A stretch of DNA of 64,000 bases from Nitrospirota bacterium (GCA_963790025.1 CAWBMP010000004.1:928001-992000), one strand, 5' to 3'; counted from the stretch's first letter, positions 41,159 through 51,202 are shown. Translations and numbers: made by a program. The notes: generated by a model from the letters alone, not told the origin.

Positions 41159-41371
41159 ATGAGCGCTATGTCTACATTAAAAGAAAAAGTGAAGGAAATG
41201 GAAAGAGAGGCCATTGTCGATGCCCTCGTGGAGTGCAGCTGGATAATGGCCAAGGCAGCCCGGAAACTGGGCATTACTGAAAGGATGATCGGGTACAAGA
41301 TCAAAAAATATGGAATAAAGAGAGGTGAGGAAAGACAGGAAAGCAGCAAAGACATTCATGTGATGCAGTAA
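41159..41371 (+). CDS. Stand-alone Fis-type HTH resembling the NifA C-terminal DNA-binding domain
   Basis: EREAIVDAL...WIMAKAARKLGITERMIGYKIKKYGI; GAGGTG RBS. Confidence 0.82.
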   Translation: MSAMSTLKEKVKEMEREAIVDALVECSWIMAKAARKLGITERMIGYKIKKYGIKRGEERQESSKDIHVMQ

Positions 41372-41418
41372 ATAGAAGAACAGGCTTGAGCCTGTAAAAC
41401 ATCACCAGGGAGGATACA

Positions 41419-42342
41419 GTGAAAAGAATCAGCAATTTTACCAGTGCTATTATCGTTTTAGCTTTAATCGCTTCAGTATCAGCCGGCGAAGTGTATGCAG
41501 AAGATCAAAAGCCTGCAACCGAGGTGCCGGCGGCAACTGCTCCGGCTGCAGCGCCTGCGGCAGCGGCGGCCCCTGCTCCACCGGCGGTCACCGGCAGCGC
41601 TTCACTCGCTGTTCTTAACCACTATATGTTCCGCGGCTATGAACTCAACAACGGCAGCGTCGTCATCCAGCCGACCGCTACTATCAATTACTCGGGCTTC
41701 TCGGCAACGTTCTGGAGCAACATCGATTCAAGAGAGAAAGCAACACAGTCTTTTACACCTGACAGACCGGGCAAGACAAGCTACAATGAAACCGATTTGA
41801 CCCTGAACTATACATACAATATCGACAAGCTTGCCCTTACCGGCGGCTATACCTATTATGGGATCAAGTATAACAACAATGCGGAGACACAGGAACTCTA
41901 CCTGAGCGCTGCGTATGACATGATTGCCCACCCGACTCTGGCGGTCTACAGGGACATCGACAATTTCCCCGGCACCTATTTAAACCTCTCTTTCTCGCAA
42001 TCGCTCCCTGTGTTTAAGATGGCCAGTGGCGACGCCACAGTCGATCTGGGTGCGGGGTTCGGATACGAGGCAGGGGACAGCAATGTCTGGAAGACATATG
42101 TTGCCAACAGAGGCTATGTCGGCAGCAACTACAGCGCGTTTCATGACGGCCATGTGCAGGTCGGCTTTACAGCACCTTTGACATCCAAGTTCTCTGTACA
42201 GCCCATTGTACAATACTGGTTCCCGCTTTCGGGTGACGCAAGCAAGACGATAACGGACAGGACCGGAGTTCACGACTTTAACCCTGATGGCCATCTTGCC
42301 GATAAATTTGTCTATGGCCTTAACCTGAATTTTAACTTTTAA
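41419..42342 (+). CDS. Exported outer-membrane beta-barrel, TorF/TIGR02001-like putative porin
   Basis: Signal peptide, YMFRG..., QP, ETDL.L.Y, amphipathic strands, C-terminal Phe. Confidence 0.7.
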   Translation: MKRISNFTSAIIVLALIASVSAGEVYAEDQKPATEVPAATAPAAAPAAAAAPAPPAVTGSASLAVLNHYMFRGYELNNGSVVIQPTATINYSGFSATFWSNIDSREKATQSFTPDRPGKTSYNETDLTLNYTYNIDKLALTGGYTYYGIKYNNNAETQELYLSAAYDMIAHPTLAVYRDIDNFPGTYLNLSFSQSLPVFKMASGDATVDLGAGFGYEAGDSNVWKTYVANRGYVGSNYSAFHDGHVQVGFTAPLTSKFSVQPIVQYWFPLSGDASKTITDRTGVHDFNPDGHLADKFVYGLNLNFNF

Positions 42343-42365
42343 ATAGCAAGAAAAGGAGTATCACT

Positions 42366-44276
42366 ATGGCAAACGAACAAAAAACAGCTCCTCCCGCCAC
42401 AAGGGGAACATTAGGCCTCACAGGCCTTACAATGAACGCAATGGCCCTGATTGCTCCCGGAGCGTTCCTGTGGTTGACTTTTCAGATGCAAGCTCTTTAC
42501 GGCGCCCCGATGGCCGGCATTTCCATGTGGGCCGGCATTCTCTTCGCACTGCTGCTTTGCTTCGCTACTGCAATCAGCTACTCGGAATTGGCGAAGCTGT
42601 TTCCTGGTCCCGGTTCTTCGTACCTGTATGCGGAGCAGGCATACCTCTCGAAAACACATGCATACAAGTTCGCCCGTGTAGCGAAGTTCATCACAGGATG
42701 GGCTAGCCACCTTTATTACTGGGTATATCCGGGAGTCATGGTCGGAGTCACAGCGATCCTGGGCGGATGGCTGGCGAACCAGTTCTGGCCGGACACCTTC
42801 AGCGGCACCTATAACAGCCCCCTGTTCATGTGGATTTTCTGCATCGTGTTTGCTCTCGGAGTTGCATACATTGCTTATCGGGGCGTGACAGGCACGACTG
42901 CAGTCAATGTGGTGATTAATATAATCCAGATTTCTGCGCTCCTCGTTTTCTCGGTTATCGCCATAGGCTACCGCGTCCAGCATCCGCAAGGTTCGACCGG
43001 GTACCATCTGTCCAGCGGAATTGCCGTAAACTATCAGGTAGCCCAGGTGGTACAGAAGGACGATAAGGGCAATCCGGTTCCTATGCTCGATCCAGCCGGC
43101 AAGCCGACCGTAGACAAGGACGGCAACCCCGTATTTAACATGGTGGACGCGGCCGATGAGAAGACAGGTACGCCTGTGATGGCCGACAAGGACGGCAAGC
43201 CTGTAACCGATCCCAAGCTGGCCGCTCCGTTCACCATCGACTATACGGATGGAGCTATGACCAAGGACGATAAAGGCAACCCGGTGTTCAACTACCACAA
43301 AGACGCCACATCCGTTATCGCCCCGCATGGGTTCAACTTTGTCTTTATTCAGGCGGCCATTGCGATTTTGATCCTGGTAGGCTTCGAGTCAGTGACTGCT
43401 ATGGGCGAGGAGGCAAAACGTCCGAAGAAAGACATTCCCCGGGCAGTGCTCCTTTCGCTGGCGATCCAAGGCGCATTCTGTTATCTGATCGAGTATTTCG
43501 GCGCCAACTACCTACTGCACAACGGCTACACCCTGGCCAATGCAGGCGCTTCCGGCGCACCAATCGGCGATATGATGGTCATCGTCGGCACCTGGCTGTT
43601 CGGCAGTTACACGGCAGGCAAGGCGTTCATGCTGGTCCAGGCATTCACGGTGTTCCTGGCCCTGATTGGCACAACGTTGTCCTGTCTCAGTACCGGCGCA
43701 CGTGTCACCTATGCAATGGGCCGCGATGAGGAAGTGCCGTCGCATTTCGGGCTTTTGCACGGCAAACATATGTCGCCCCACAAGGCGATATGGACACTGG
43801 CCTATCTTTCCATTATCATCGGCATCATAACTGTAACGCTGTACATGGGCGGCCAGGCGACTGATCCCGCGGCCTTGGACAAGCACAACTTCTGGTACAG
43901 CATAGGGATCTTTTCACCTCATACATACGTTACGATGCCCAATACGCTGCTTATCGTGACACTGGTCAGCAATTTCGGGACATTCCTGCTTTACATGATC
44001 ACGTGCTGGATAGCGATGGTGGCCTTCAAAGAGCACCACAGCTTCAGCGGGATCAAGCACGTAGTCATACCCGTTCTCGGATTGCTGGCAAACCTTGCGA
44101 TTATGATCTTCTACCTGGTCGGACCGTTTACTGTCGCAGGCATGAGCTGGAAGGAACCGTATATAGCGCTGGGTTTCTGCGCGGTCTGGGGAATATACGG
44201 AGCTATCTATTTCGCGAAAAGCAGCAAGGCCAAAGGCAAGGAAGTGCTTCTCACCAGCAAACCTGCGGCCTCGTAA
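42366..44276 (+). CDS. APC-family amino acid/amine permease with periplasmic repeat insertion
   Basis: IAPGAF, YSELAK.FP..GSSY.Y, LVGFES....GEEAK.P..DIPRA, ARVTYAMGRD. Confidence 0.85.
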   Translation: MANEQKTAPPATRGTLGLTGLTMNAMALIAPGAFLWLTFQMQALYGAPMAGISMWAGILFALLLCFATAISYSELAKLFPGPGSSYLYAEQAYLSKTHAYKFARVAKFITGWASHLYYWVYPGVMVGVTAILGGWLANQFWPDTFSGTYNSPLFMWIFCIVFALGVAYIAYRGVTGTTAVNVVINIIQISALLVFSVIAIGYRVQHPQGSTGYHLSSGIAVNYQVAQVVQKDDKGNPVPMLDPAGKPTVDKDGNPVFNMVDAADEKTGTPVMADKDGKPVTDPKLAAPFTIDYTDGAMTKDDKGNPVFNYHKDATSVIAPHGFNFVFIQAAIAILILVGFESVTAMGEEAKRPKKDIPRAVLLSLAIQGAFCYLIEYFGANYLLHNGYTLANAGASGAPIGDMMVIVGTWLFGSYTAGKAFMLVQAFTVFLALIGTTLSCLSTGARVTYAMGRDEEVPSHFGLLHGKHMSPHKAIWTLAYLSIIIGIITVTLYMGGQATDPAALDKHNFWYSIGIFSPHTYVTMPNTLLIVTLVSNFGTFLLYMITCWIAMVAFKEHHSFSGIKHVVIPVLGLLANLAIMIFYLVGPFTVAGMSWKEPYIALGFCAVWGIYGAIYFAKSSKAKGKEVLLTSKPAAS

Positions 44277-44308
44277 TTAATGTCGAACTCTCCCAAAAGG
44301 AGCACGTC

Positions 44309-44343
44309 AGGGCGGTCACCTGTTAGGGTGGCCGTCCTTTTTT
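44309..44343 (+). terminator. Rho-independent terminator after APC permease
   Basis: agggcggtcacct-gtt-agggtggccgtcct followed by T run. Confidence 0.75.
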
Positions 44344-44392
44344 GCACCATACTCTTTCAATATCTTAAAATAAATGGTAAAGTGCTTTAACT

Positions 44393-46192
44393 ATGGAACT
44401 GACCTACTATGAACTATCTTCACCCGGACCTGCCCGCGATAACAACGAGGATTTCGTGGGTTTCTGGCAGCCGGAAACCCTGGAAGAGAAGCGGGACCGC
44501 GGTGCGGTCGCAGTACTGGCCGACGGCGTCGGCGGGTTGCACCGTGGAGAAGTGGCCAGCCGACTGGCCGTGGAGACCGCGCTAAAAACGTTTCACGAGG
44601 CCCCGGAGGGAAAAACTCCGCAGCAATTGCTCACGCAGATGTTCAACGAGGCCAATCTTGCCGTATACGATAAAGGCATGGAAGACCACGGCAAGTCCCG
44701 GATGGCGACAACCCTGGCCATCGTCGTGCTTCGCAACGACGAAATCGTAGTTGGCAATGTGGGAGATTCGCGAGTCTATTTGGTCCATAAGGCCGAGATC
44801 AGGCAATTGTCCACAGACCATACCTACGTCGGCATGCAGCAAAAGTTCGGATTGATCTCGGAGCAGGACGCCAAGACCAGTGAAAACCGTTCCGTCCTGA
44901 CCCGCAGCGTCGGGAACGAGCCGGTGATCCGTCTTGACGTGGAGAGCACTACAGTGTTCAAGGGCGACCACGTCGTGCTTTGTTCCGACGGCTTGTATGC
45001 GCATGTCACAGACAGCGAGATCGCCGACATCGTGTCCAGGCTTTCTCCGGCCCAGGCTTGCCGTCAGCTCATCTCCTTGGCCGAGCAGCGCGGGACCGAC
45101 GACAATCTGTCCGTGCAGGTTCTGCAAATTAACGATGTCGAGAAAATGTCGTATTATCGTGGCGTTCCTCTGTATCAGGAGCCGGCAGAGACTACGATTT
45201 CTTATGAGCTCCAGCCGGGGAAGACCCTTGACAACCGTTTCTTCATCACAGAGACCATCACCCGCAGTGGTATGGCTACCATATTCAAGGCGACAGACCT
45301 CACAACCAAGGAAACAGTGGCTGTGAAGGTGCCTTTCATGGAGTTCGAGAGCGATCCAGGCTTTTATTCACGTTTTCAACGCGAAGAAGAGATAGGGCGC
45401 CTGTTGGACCATCCCTATATCCTGAAATTCATCCCTGTGGAGGAACAGCGCAGCCGTCCATACATCGTTACCGAATATCTTCGTGGCTATACGCTCTCGC
45501 ACCTGCTCAACAGCGTCCGTCCGATGCCCGAGAAAGACGCCGTAAAACTGGCCGGCGACATTTGCGAAGCATTGGCTTATATGCACGAGCACGGTGTAAT
45601 TCACCGGGACCTCAAGCCTCAGAACATCATGATCTGTTACGACGGTACGATCCGGATCATGGACTTCGGCATCGCCAAGGCTGCTGAGGGCAGAAGAATC
45701 ACATTTACCGGTTTCACACCGGCGGTCGGCACCCCCGATTACATGGCCCCCGAGCAGGTCAAGGGAAAGCGCGGGGACGAGCGTACCGACATTTACAGCC
45801 TCGGCGCAATGCTCTACGAAATGGTGGTCGGCATGACGCCGTTCGATAGCGAGAATGAAAACCCGTTCGTGATCATGAACGCCCGAGTCACCGGCGACCC
45901 CGTGGCCCCCCGAAAACGCAATCCAAAAATCATGCCTCAAGTCGAGGAGATCATACTTCACGCCATGGAGCGCGATCCCGGGAAGCGTTATCAAACAGCC
46001 GCCGCAATGAAAGCGGATTTGGACAATCCTGAAGCGGTGCATTTGACCGGACGATGCGACCGGCTTCAGACACCGACTCCCTGGAAGCGCGGATGGAAAA
46101 AAGCATTGTGGATTGCGCTGGGCATATCGGGCGCGCTCGCTATCCTGCTCCTGCTGGTCCTACTGATCATCCACCGCGGCACCGCACACTAA
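44393..46192 (+). CDS. Bifunctional PP2C phosphatase / Hanks Ser-Thr kinase with C-terminal TM anchor
   Basis: RDNNED, ADGVGG, NVGDSR, LCSDGL, DDNLS; AVK, HRDLKPQN, DFG, GTPDYMAPEQ. Confidence 0.92.
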   Translation: MELTYYELSSPGPARDNNEDFVGFWQPETLEEKRDRGAVAVLADGVGGLHRGEVASRLAVETALKTFHEAPEGKTPQQLLTQMFNEANLAVYDKGMEDHGKSRMATTLAIVVLRNDEIVVGNVGDSRVYLVHKAEIRQLSTDHTYVGMQQKFGLISEQDAKTSENRSVLTRSVGNEPVIRLDVESTTVFKGDHVVLCSDGLYAHVTDSEIADIVSRLSPAQACRQLISLAEQRGTDDNLSVQVLQINDVEKMSYYRGVPLYQEPAETTISYELQPGKTLDNRFFITETITRSGMATIFKATDLTTKETVAVKVPFMEFESDPGFYSRFQREEEIGRLLDHPYILKFIPVEEQRSRPYIVTEYLRGYTLSHLLNSVRPMPEKDAVKLAGDICEALAYMHEHGVIHRDLKPQNIMICYDGTIRIMDFGIAKAAEGRRITFTGFTPAVGTPDYMAPEQVKGKRGDERTDIYSLGAMLYEMVVGMTPFDSENENPFVIMNARVTGDPVAPRKRNPKIMPQVEEIILHAMERDPGKRYQTAAAMKADLDNPEAVHLTGRCDRLQTPTPWKRGWKKALWIALGISGALAILLLLVLLIIHRGTAH

Positions 46193-46271
46193 GAACATAC
46201 AATGTGCTGCGTTCAGCTTTATAGCGCCAAGGCCAGTACGCTGGACTCTTTACGCAGAACGCGCTTAACCT

Positions 46272-46362
46272 ACAATGTTGTAGTGTCATACAATTTTGTC
46301 GTAAGACTCCCAGAAAAGTCCATTTAAAAATCAAGCAGTTGCCGGCTGGCATGGTTTTGGCT
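46272..46362 (+). promoter_or_regulatory. sigma54 promoter with IHF site and two ACA-N4-TGT boxes
   Basis: TGGCATGGTTTTGGCT 46347-46362; AATCAAGCAGTTG 46329-46341; ACAATGTTGT 46272, ACAATTTTGT 46290. Confidence 0.85.
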
Positions 46363-46418
46363 ATTATTCAGCGAAGTGCCCAGTATTCATAAATAGAGGG
46401 AACACTGGAGGATTGCAG

Positions 46419-46742
46419 ATGACTTTTATGGCCTGGTTTATTTTCATTTGTGCGGCAATTCTGGAGGTCGGCGGTGATGCGGTTGTTCGCAGAGGACTGC
46501 GCGGGAACAATCTAATGATAATTATGACTGGATTCGTCGTACTCGGTTCTTATGGCGTAGTTGTAAATATGGTTAAATGGGATTTTTCAAAACTACTCGG
46601 TGTATATGTCGCAGTCTTTGCGCTGATAAGCATTTTATTCGGTAAGTTCGTCTTTCAAGAAAACATACCGAATTCGACGTGGATCGGATTGGCAGTTATT
46701 ATTTGCGGCGGGATGATAATCCAATTTGGGAATAAAATATAA
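46419..46742 (+). CDS. Small 4-TM DMT/SMR-like (YnfA-like) membrane protein
   Basis: AAILEVGGD in TM1, G.YVAVF, four hydrophobic helices; GGAGG RBS before ATG 46419. Confidence 0.7.
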   Translation: MTFMAWFIFICAAILEVGGDAVVRRGLRGNNLMIIMTGFVVLGSYGVVVNMVKWDFSKLLGVYVAVFALISILFGKFVFQENIPNSTWIGLAVIICGGMIIQFGNKI

Positions 46743-46780
46743 AAACCAGGTGTAGGCATAGACATAGAATGGAGGCTGAA

Positions 46781-48415
46781 ATGAAGAAGGTATTGATGTT
46801 CTTATTATTAATAGTATTGTTGAGCGGGCTCACAATGCCGGTGGTGCGGGCATATGCGGATGAACAGTCGCACCCTGGAGCTGCTGCTCCTCCTGCAGCG
46901 GCACCGTGCCCGGCGACTGAACTTCCTAAGCCTGATCCGTCCGGCGCCAATACAGGCGGAGCCGCCGATGTTGTGGGAGCCTCAGCCAATGCCCCTACTG
47001 CTGAAGAAATGAAAAAACTGGCTACCAATGAGCCGCTTGCTATGAAACTGGCGGATGTCGTAGGCCATAACAGAATCGCAATTAATTTTGTATGGACGTT
47101 GATCTGCGGCTATCTTGTCTTTTTCATGCAGACGGGCTTTGCCATGGTGGAGACCGGTTTTACGAGGGCAAAGAATGCAGCTCATACCATGGCGATGAAC
47201 ATGATGGTGTTTGTTTTCGGGGTGCTCGGTTACTGGATTTGCGGCTATGCTTTTCAGATGGGTGGCGTAGGCCCCGGGCCTCTGAGCGGCGGAACGGCAT
47301 TGTTGACTAATGAATACACCCTGAATCTTTTCGGAAAGGACTTCGGCATCTTCGGCACAACGGGATTTTTCCTTTCAGGCGTGAGCTATGATGCCTCGAT
47401 CGTCACGCTCTTTCTGTTCCAGGTGGTCTTCATGGATACCGCGGCTACAATACCTACCGGAGCTATGGCTGAACGCTGGACGTTTAAATCATTCATGGTT
47501 TTCGGGTTCTTTATCGCTATGTTCACATACCCTATTTATGCAAATTGGGTATGGGGCGGCGGGTGGCTGTCACAACTCGGCAAGAACTTCGGGCTTGGCC
47601 ATGGGGTCCTCGATTTCGCGGGCTCATCAGTAGTGCATATGGTCGGCGGCGTTTCGGCGCTGGCAGGAGCGATAGCCCTTGGCCCCCGCATCGGAAAATT
47701 CAGGCCTGATGGAACTCCCAATGCAATACCGGGACACCACATTCCCATGGCTATAATCGGGTGCTTAATACTTTTCTTCGGTTGGTTCGGATTCAATCCC
47801 GGCTCGACCCTGGCCGGCGGTGATTTGAGGATCGGGATAATAGCTGTAAATACCATGCTCGCATCCTGCGCAGGCTCCTTCTCGGCAATGGCGTACATGT
47901 GGATCTTTTATGGCAAGCCGGACCTTTCCCTGTCAGCTAACGGACTCCTTGCAGGACTTGTTGCCATAACAGCGCCGTGCGCATTCGTAAGTACGGTTGG
48001 AGCAGTGATTATAGGGCTTATTGCAGGCGTGCTTTGCTGCATGAGCATCTTCTTTGTTGAAAGGACACTAAAAGTTGACGACCCTGTGGGCGCAATATCC
48101 GTTCACGGCACATGCGGGGCCTGGGGCCTTATCGGGCTCGGACTTTTCGCTGACGGGACATACGGCGACGGCCTGAACAACGTCGCCGGTACCGTAAAAG
48201 GACTTTTTTATGGCGGCTCTTCACAATTCGTGGCTGAGGTCATTGGTGTTTGCGTTAATTTCATCTTTGTTTTTGTGGTAATGTTCGTATTCTTCAAGGT
48301 GCTTGATAAAATAATTCCCCTGCGGGTATCGCCTGAAATAGAGATCGAAGGACTCGACTTGAACGAAGTCAATGTTACCGCATATCCAAACTTCAACCTT
48401 AAGACCCACAGGTAG
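46781..48415 (+). CDS. amt: Ammonium transporter 1 with long N-terminal extension
   Basis: FMQTGFAMVE, GAMAER, DFAGSSVVH, GWFGFN, DDPVGAISVH. Confidence 0.95.
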   Translation: MKKVLMFLLLIVLLSGLTMPVVRAYADEQSHPGAAAPPAAAPCPATELPKPDPSGANTGGAADVVGASANAPTAEEMKKLATNEPLAMKLADVVGHNRIAINFVWTLICGYLVFFMQTGFAMVETGFTRAKNAAHTMAMNMMVFVFGVLGYWICGYAFQMGGVGPGPLSGGTALLTNEYTLNLFGKDFGIFGTTGFFLSGVSYDASIVTLFLFQVVFMDTAATIPTGAMAERWTFKSFMVFGFFIAMFTYPIYANWVWGGGWLSQLGKNFGLGHGVLDFAGSSVVHMVGGVSALAGAIALGPRIGKFRPDGTPNAIPGHHIPMAIIGCLILFFGWFGFNPGSTLAGGDLRIGIIAVNTMLASCAGSFSAMAYMWIFYGKPDLSLSANGLLAGLVAITAPCAFVSTVGAVIIGLIAGVLCCMSIFFVERTLKVDDPVGAISVHGTCGAWGLIGLGLFADGTYGDGLNNVAGTVKGLFYGGSSQFVAEVIGVCVNFIFVFVVMFVFFKVLDKIIPLRVSPEIEIEGLDLNEVNVTAYPNFNLKTHR

Positions 48416-48427
48416 CGTTGTGCATAA

Positions 48428-48465
48428 GGCGTTCAGCGTACTGGCTTTTTTGACGCTGAACGCCG
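48428..48465 (+). terminator. Hairpin after amt1
   Basis: ggcgttcagcgt ... acgctgaacgcc. Confidence 0.6.
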
Positions 48466-48521
48466 TGCGCTTTGCATTTTATCTTCCAAACTCTTTTATC
48501 ACTTTTGGTATAATTAACTGA

Positions 48522-48767
48522 ATGACTCCAAAACTAAAAAACCAGAGAAAATTTTCCCCTATTGCGAGAGCGGCAGTTGAGACGTGTTTTATAATATTTC
48601 TCTTTTATTCCAATCTTCTGATGGGAGAATTTACTAATACAAACGGACATGGAAAGAGCTTGCTCTTTGCTGTTCAGGATATTTTTACAGCTGCTAATTT
48701 TGCAGTTGCCGTTATCACTGCCCTGATTGGTTATGGAGTTTTTGAATATCTTCGAAAGAAACTTTAA
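48522..48767 (+). CDS. Small 2-TM hypothetical membrane protein
   Basis: 81-aa ORF with two hydrophobic helices, IIFLFYSNLLMGEF. Confidence 0.6.
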   Translation: MTPKLKNQRKFSPIARAAVETCFIIFLFYSNLLMGEFTNTNGHGKSLLFAVQDIFTAANFAVAVITALIGYGVFEYLRKKL

Positions 48768-48790
48768 TGACCCGTAGTTTCTTTGAATGA

Positions 48791-49249
48791 TTACAAATTA
48801 CCAATTCTTCTCTCCGATAAAATTTCTCTTTGCCTCACAAAAATATACCTTTCAATATGAGACTCGGTTTCTTTCTCTAAATCTACAAACATTACACTTA
48901 TCTTGTGGTCCTGGGAATTCTCGATCCGCTCGACCCTGAGGACCCTGGCATTTACCGTAACGGGCTCAAAAAGAGGATATGTCCTCCTGAAATGTAAAGT
49001 TATCTCTATATGAGTATTGACATGATAATGCCGCCGGGATAAAAACTGGAGGCCGTTTGCACTGATGTCAACCGTATAGTGCTCGCCAAGCACTCCGGTT
49101 TTTTCCGTCGTTATATCACCTGTGAGATTGTCCTCTTCAGACTCCTTTATTGCCTTGACTTTGATTCGCAGGCGTTCGTGTAGTCTAAAAAACTGACGCT
49201 TGTTACTAACTTTTCCTCCATGTTTGTTATCGTTGGGTTCCGCAACCAT
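48791..49249 (-). CDS. PilZ-domain protein
   Basis: RQFFR (RxxxR) and DISANG (D/NxSxxG) c-di-GMP motifs. Confidence 0.85.
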   Translation of the reverse strand: MVAEPNDNKHGGKVSNKRQFFRLHERLRIKVKAIKESEEDNLTGDITTEKTGVLGEHYTVDISANGLQFLSRRHYHVNTHIEITLHFRRTYPLFEPVTVNARVLRVERIENSQDHKISVMFVDLEKETESHIERYIFVRQREILSERRIGNL

Positions 49250-49404
49250 ATGCGATTACTCTATAATATTTGTCATAAAAAAGTTAAGAAGTTTTTGCAG
49301 CTATGAATTCTTAATGAACCAACTCTTAGTTTACCCAGGCAATATGTAACAATGGTTAAAAAGCAAAATACTCAGTAAATCAAGGATAGCTGAGATAAAT
49401 CCAG

Positions 49405-49509
49405 ACAATTTTGTTAATACAAAATTGTCATAATAACAAAATTGTAGCACCGTAAAATCTAGTCTCTCTAATAAAATCAAATGGTTATATGCCTGGCACA
49501 GTTTTAGCT
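49405..49509 (+). promoter_or_regulatory. sigma54 promoter of glnA copy 1 with IHF site and three ACA-N4-TGT boxes
   Basis: TGGCACAGTTTTAGCT 49494-49509; AATCAAATGGTTA 49475-49487; boxes at 49405, 49419, 49436. Confidence 0.82.
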
Positions 49510-49578
49510 CTCATATTTGATACGTGAGTAATGCGATAAAGACAGGCATACGCTTGCACTAAAAATAAAGGAGGGAAT

Positions 49579-50991
49579 ATGACACCAAAAGATGTACTGA
49601 AGATGGCGCAGGAAAACAAGGCTGTAATGGCAAACTTCAAGTTTCTTGATTATCCCGGGATATGGCAGCACTTTGGAGCACCAATCTCGGAATTAACGGA
49701 GGATGTATTTGAGAGCGGACTGGGTTTTGACGGCTCCTCGATAAGGGGCTGGCAGGCTATACATACGTCTGATATGCTGATAATTCCGGACCCATCCACG
49801 GCCTTTATCGACCCCTTCATGGAATACCCGACCATAAGCCTCATCTGCAATATCATGGACCCGATCACCAAAGAGTTTTATACAAGAGACCCCCGCTATA
49901 TTGCTCAAAAGGCGGAGGCCTATTTGAAATCTACCGGGATTGGTGATACGGCGTATTTCGGTCCTGAGGCAGAGTTCTTTATTTTTGACGACATCATGTT
50001 CGACCAGAACTCACACAGCGGCTATTATTTCATCGATTCAGTTGAAGGTATCTGGAATTCGGGCCGTGATGAAAAGCCGAACCTCGGCTATAAGCCAAGG
50101 CATAAAGAAGGCTATTTCCCTGTTCCTCCAACCGACAGTCTCGTCAACCTGAGAACAGAGATGGTCATGGAAATGCTGAAATGCGGCATCTATGTGGAAA
50201 AAGAACACCATGAAGTGGCCACTGCGGGGCAGGCCGAGATAGATATGAGATTTGAGTCCCTGCTCAAGATGGCGGACAATCTCATGCTCTTCAAATACAT
50301 AATCAAGAATGTCGCAAAGAGGCATAACAAGACAGTTACATTCATGCCGAAGCCCCTTTTCGGCGACAACGGTTCGGGGATGCATACACACCAGAGCATA
50401 TGGAAAAACGGAAAGCCTGTTTTTGCAGGCAATGGCTATGCAGGCCTTAGCGAAACAGCACTCTACTACATCGGCGGCATACTGAAGCACGCAAAATCCC
50501 TGGCAGCCATTACCAATCCAACAACCAATTCATACAAAAGATTGACCCCGGGCTTTGAAGCGCCGGTGAACCTTGCCTACTCTGCAAGAAACCGTTCGGC
50601 TGGAGTCAGGATACCAACTTACTCTCCAAGCCCGAAAGCAAAGAGGGCAGAAGTAAGGTTCCCTGACCCCTCATGTAATGGCTATCTTGCCTTTGCAGCC
50701 ATGCTGATGGCAGGACTTGACGGCATCGAAAATAAGATACATCCGGGCGAGCCGCTCGATAAAGATATTTACGAACTCGGCCCCGAAGAGCTTGCATCGG
50801 TGCCGACCATGCCTGGAAGCCTCGAGGAGGCCCTCGGCAACCTTGAAGAAGACCACGATTACCTGAGGAAAGGCGATGTCTTTACCGAAGACGCACTGGA
50901 AACGTGGATAAGCTACAAGAGGTCAAAAGAAGTGGATGCCCTACGACTGAGGCCGCACCCTTATGAGTTTTTCCTGTATTACGATATTTAA
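49579..50991 (+). CDS. glnA: Glutamine synthetase type I, copy 1
   Basis: [38 protein letters not shown], adenylylation-site DIYEL. Confidence 0.98.
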   Translation: MTPKDVLKMAQENKAVMANFKFLDYPGIWQHFGAPISELTEDVFESGLGFDGSSIRGWQAIHTSDMLIIPDPSTAFIDPFMEYPTISLICNIMDPITKEFYTRDPRYIAQKAEAYLKSTGIGDTAYFGPEAEFFIFDDIMFDQNSHSGYYFIDSVEGIWNSGRDEKPNLGYKPRHKEGYFPVPPTDSLVNLRTEMVMEMLKCGIYVEKEHHEVATAGQAEIDMRFESLLKMADNLMLFKYIIKNVAKRHNKTVTFMPKPLFGDNGSGMHTHQSIWKNGKPVFAGNGYAGLSETALYYIGGILKHAKSLAAITNPTTNSYKRLTPGFEAPVNLAYSARNRSAGVRIPTYSPSPKAKRAEVRFPDPSCNGYLAFAAMLMAGLDGIENKIHPGEPLDKDIYELGPEELASVPTMPGSLEEALGNLEEDHDYLRKGDVFTEDALETWISYKRSKEVDALRLRPHPYEFFLYYDI

Positions 50992-51011
50992 GATACTCTT
51001 TACATAATGAC

Positions 51012-51046
51012 AAAAAAAGGGGGACCCTGTAGAGTCCCCTTTTTTT
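51012..51046 (+). terminator. Bidirectional terminator after glnA1
   Basis: aaaaaaagggggac-cctgtaga-gtccccttttttt. Confidence 0.8.
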
Positions 51047-51098
51047 ACTTTTGTATTATTCCAGACCGCAATATAGCCGTTTCTTCAAAAACGTACAA

Positions 51099-51202
51099 AC
51101 AATAATGTAGCGACAATTTTGTTATATATACAAAATTGTACCATCGTGAAAAGGCAACATTCTCATAAAATCAATATGTTATACATTGGCATGGTTCTGG
51201 CA
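51099..51202 (+). promoter_or_regulatory. sigma54 promoter of amt2-glnK with IHF site and three ACA-N4-TGT boxes
   Basis: TGGCATGGTTCTGGCA 51187-51202; AATCAATATGTTA 51169-51181; boxes at 51099, 51113, 51130. Confidence 0.82.
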
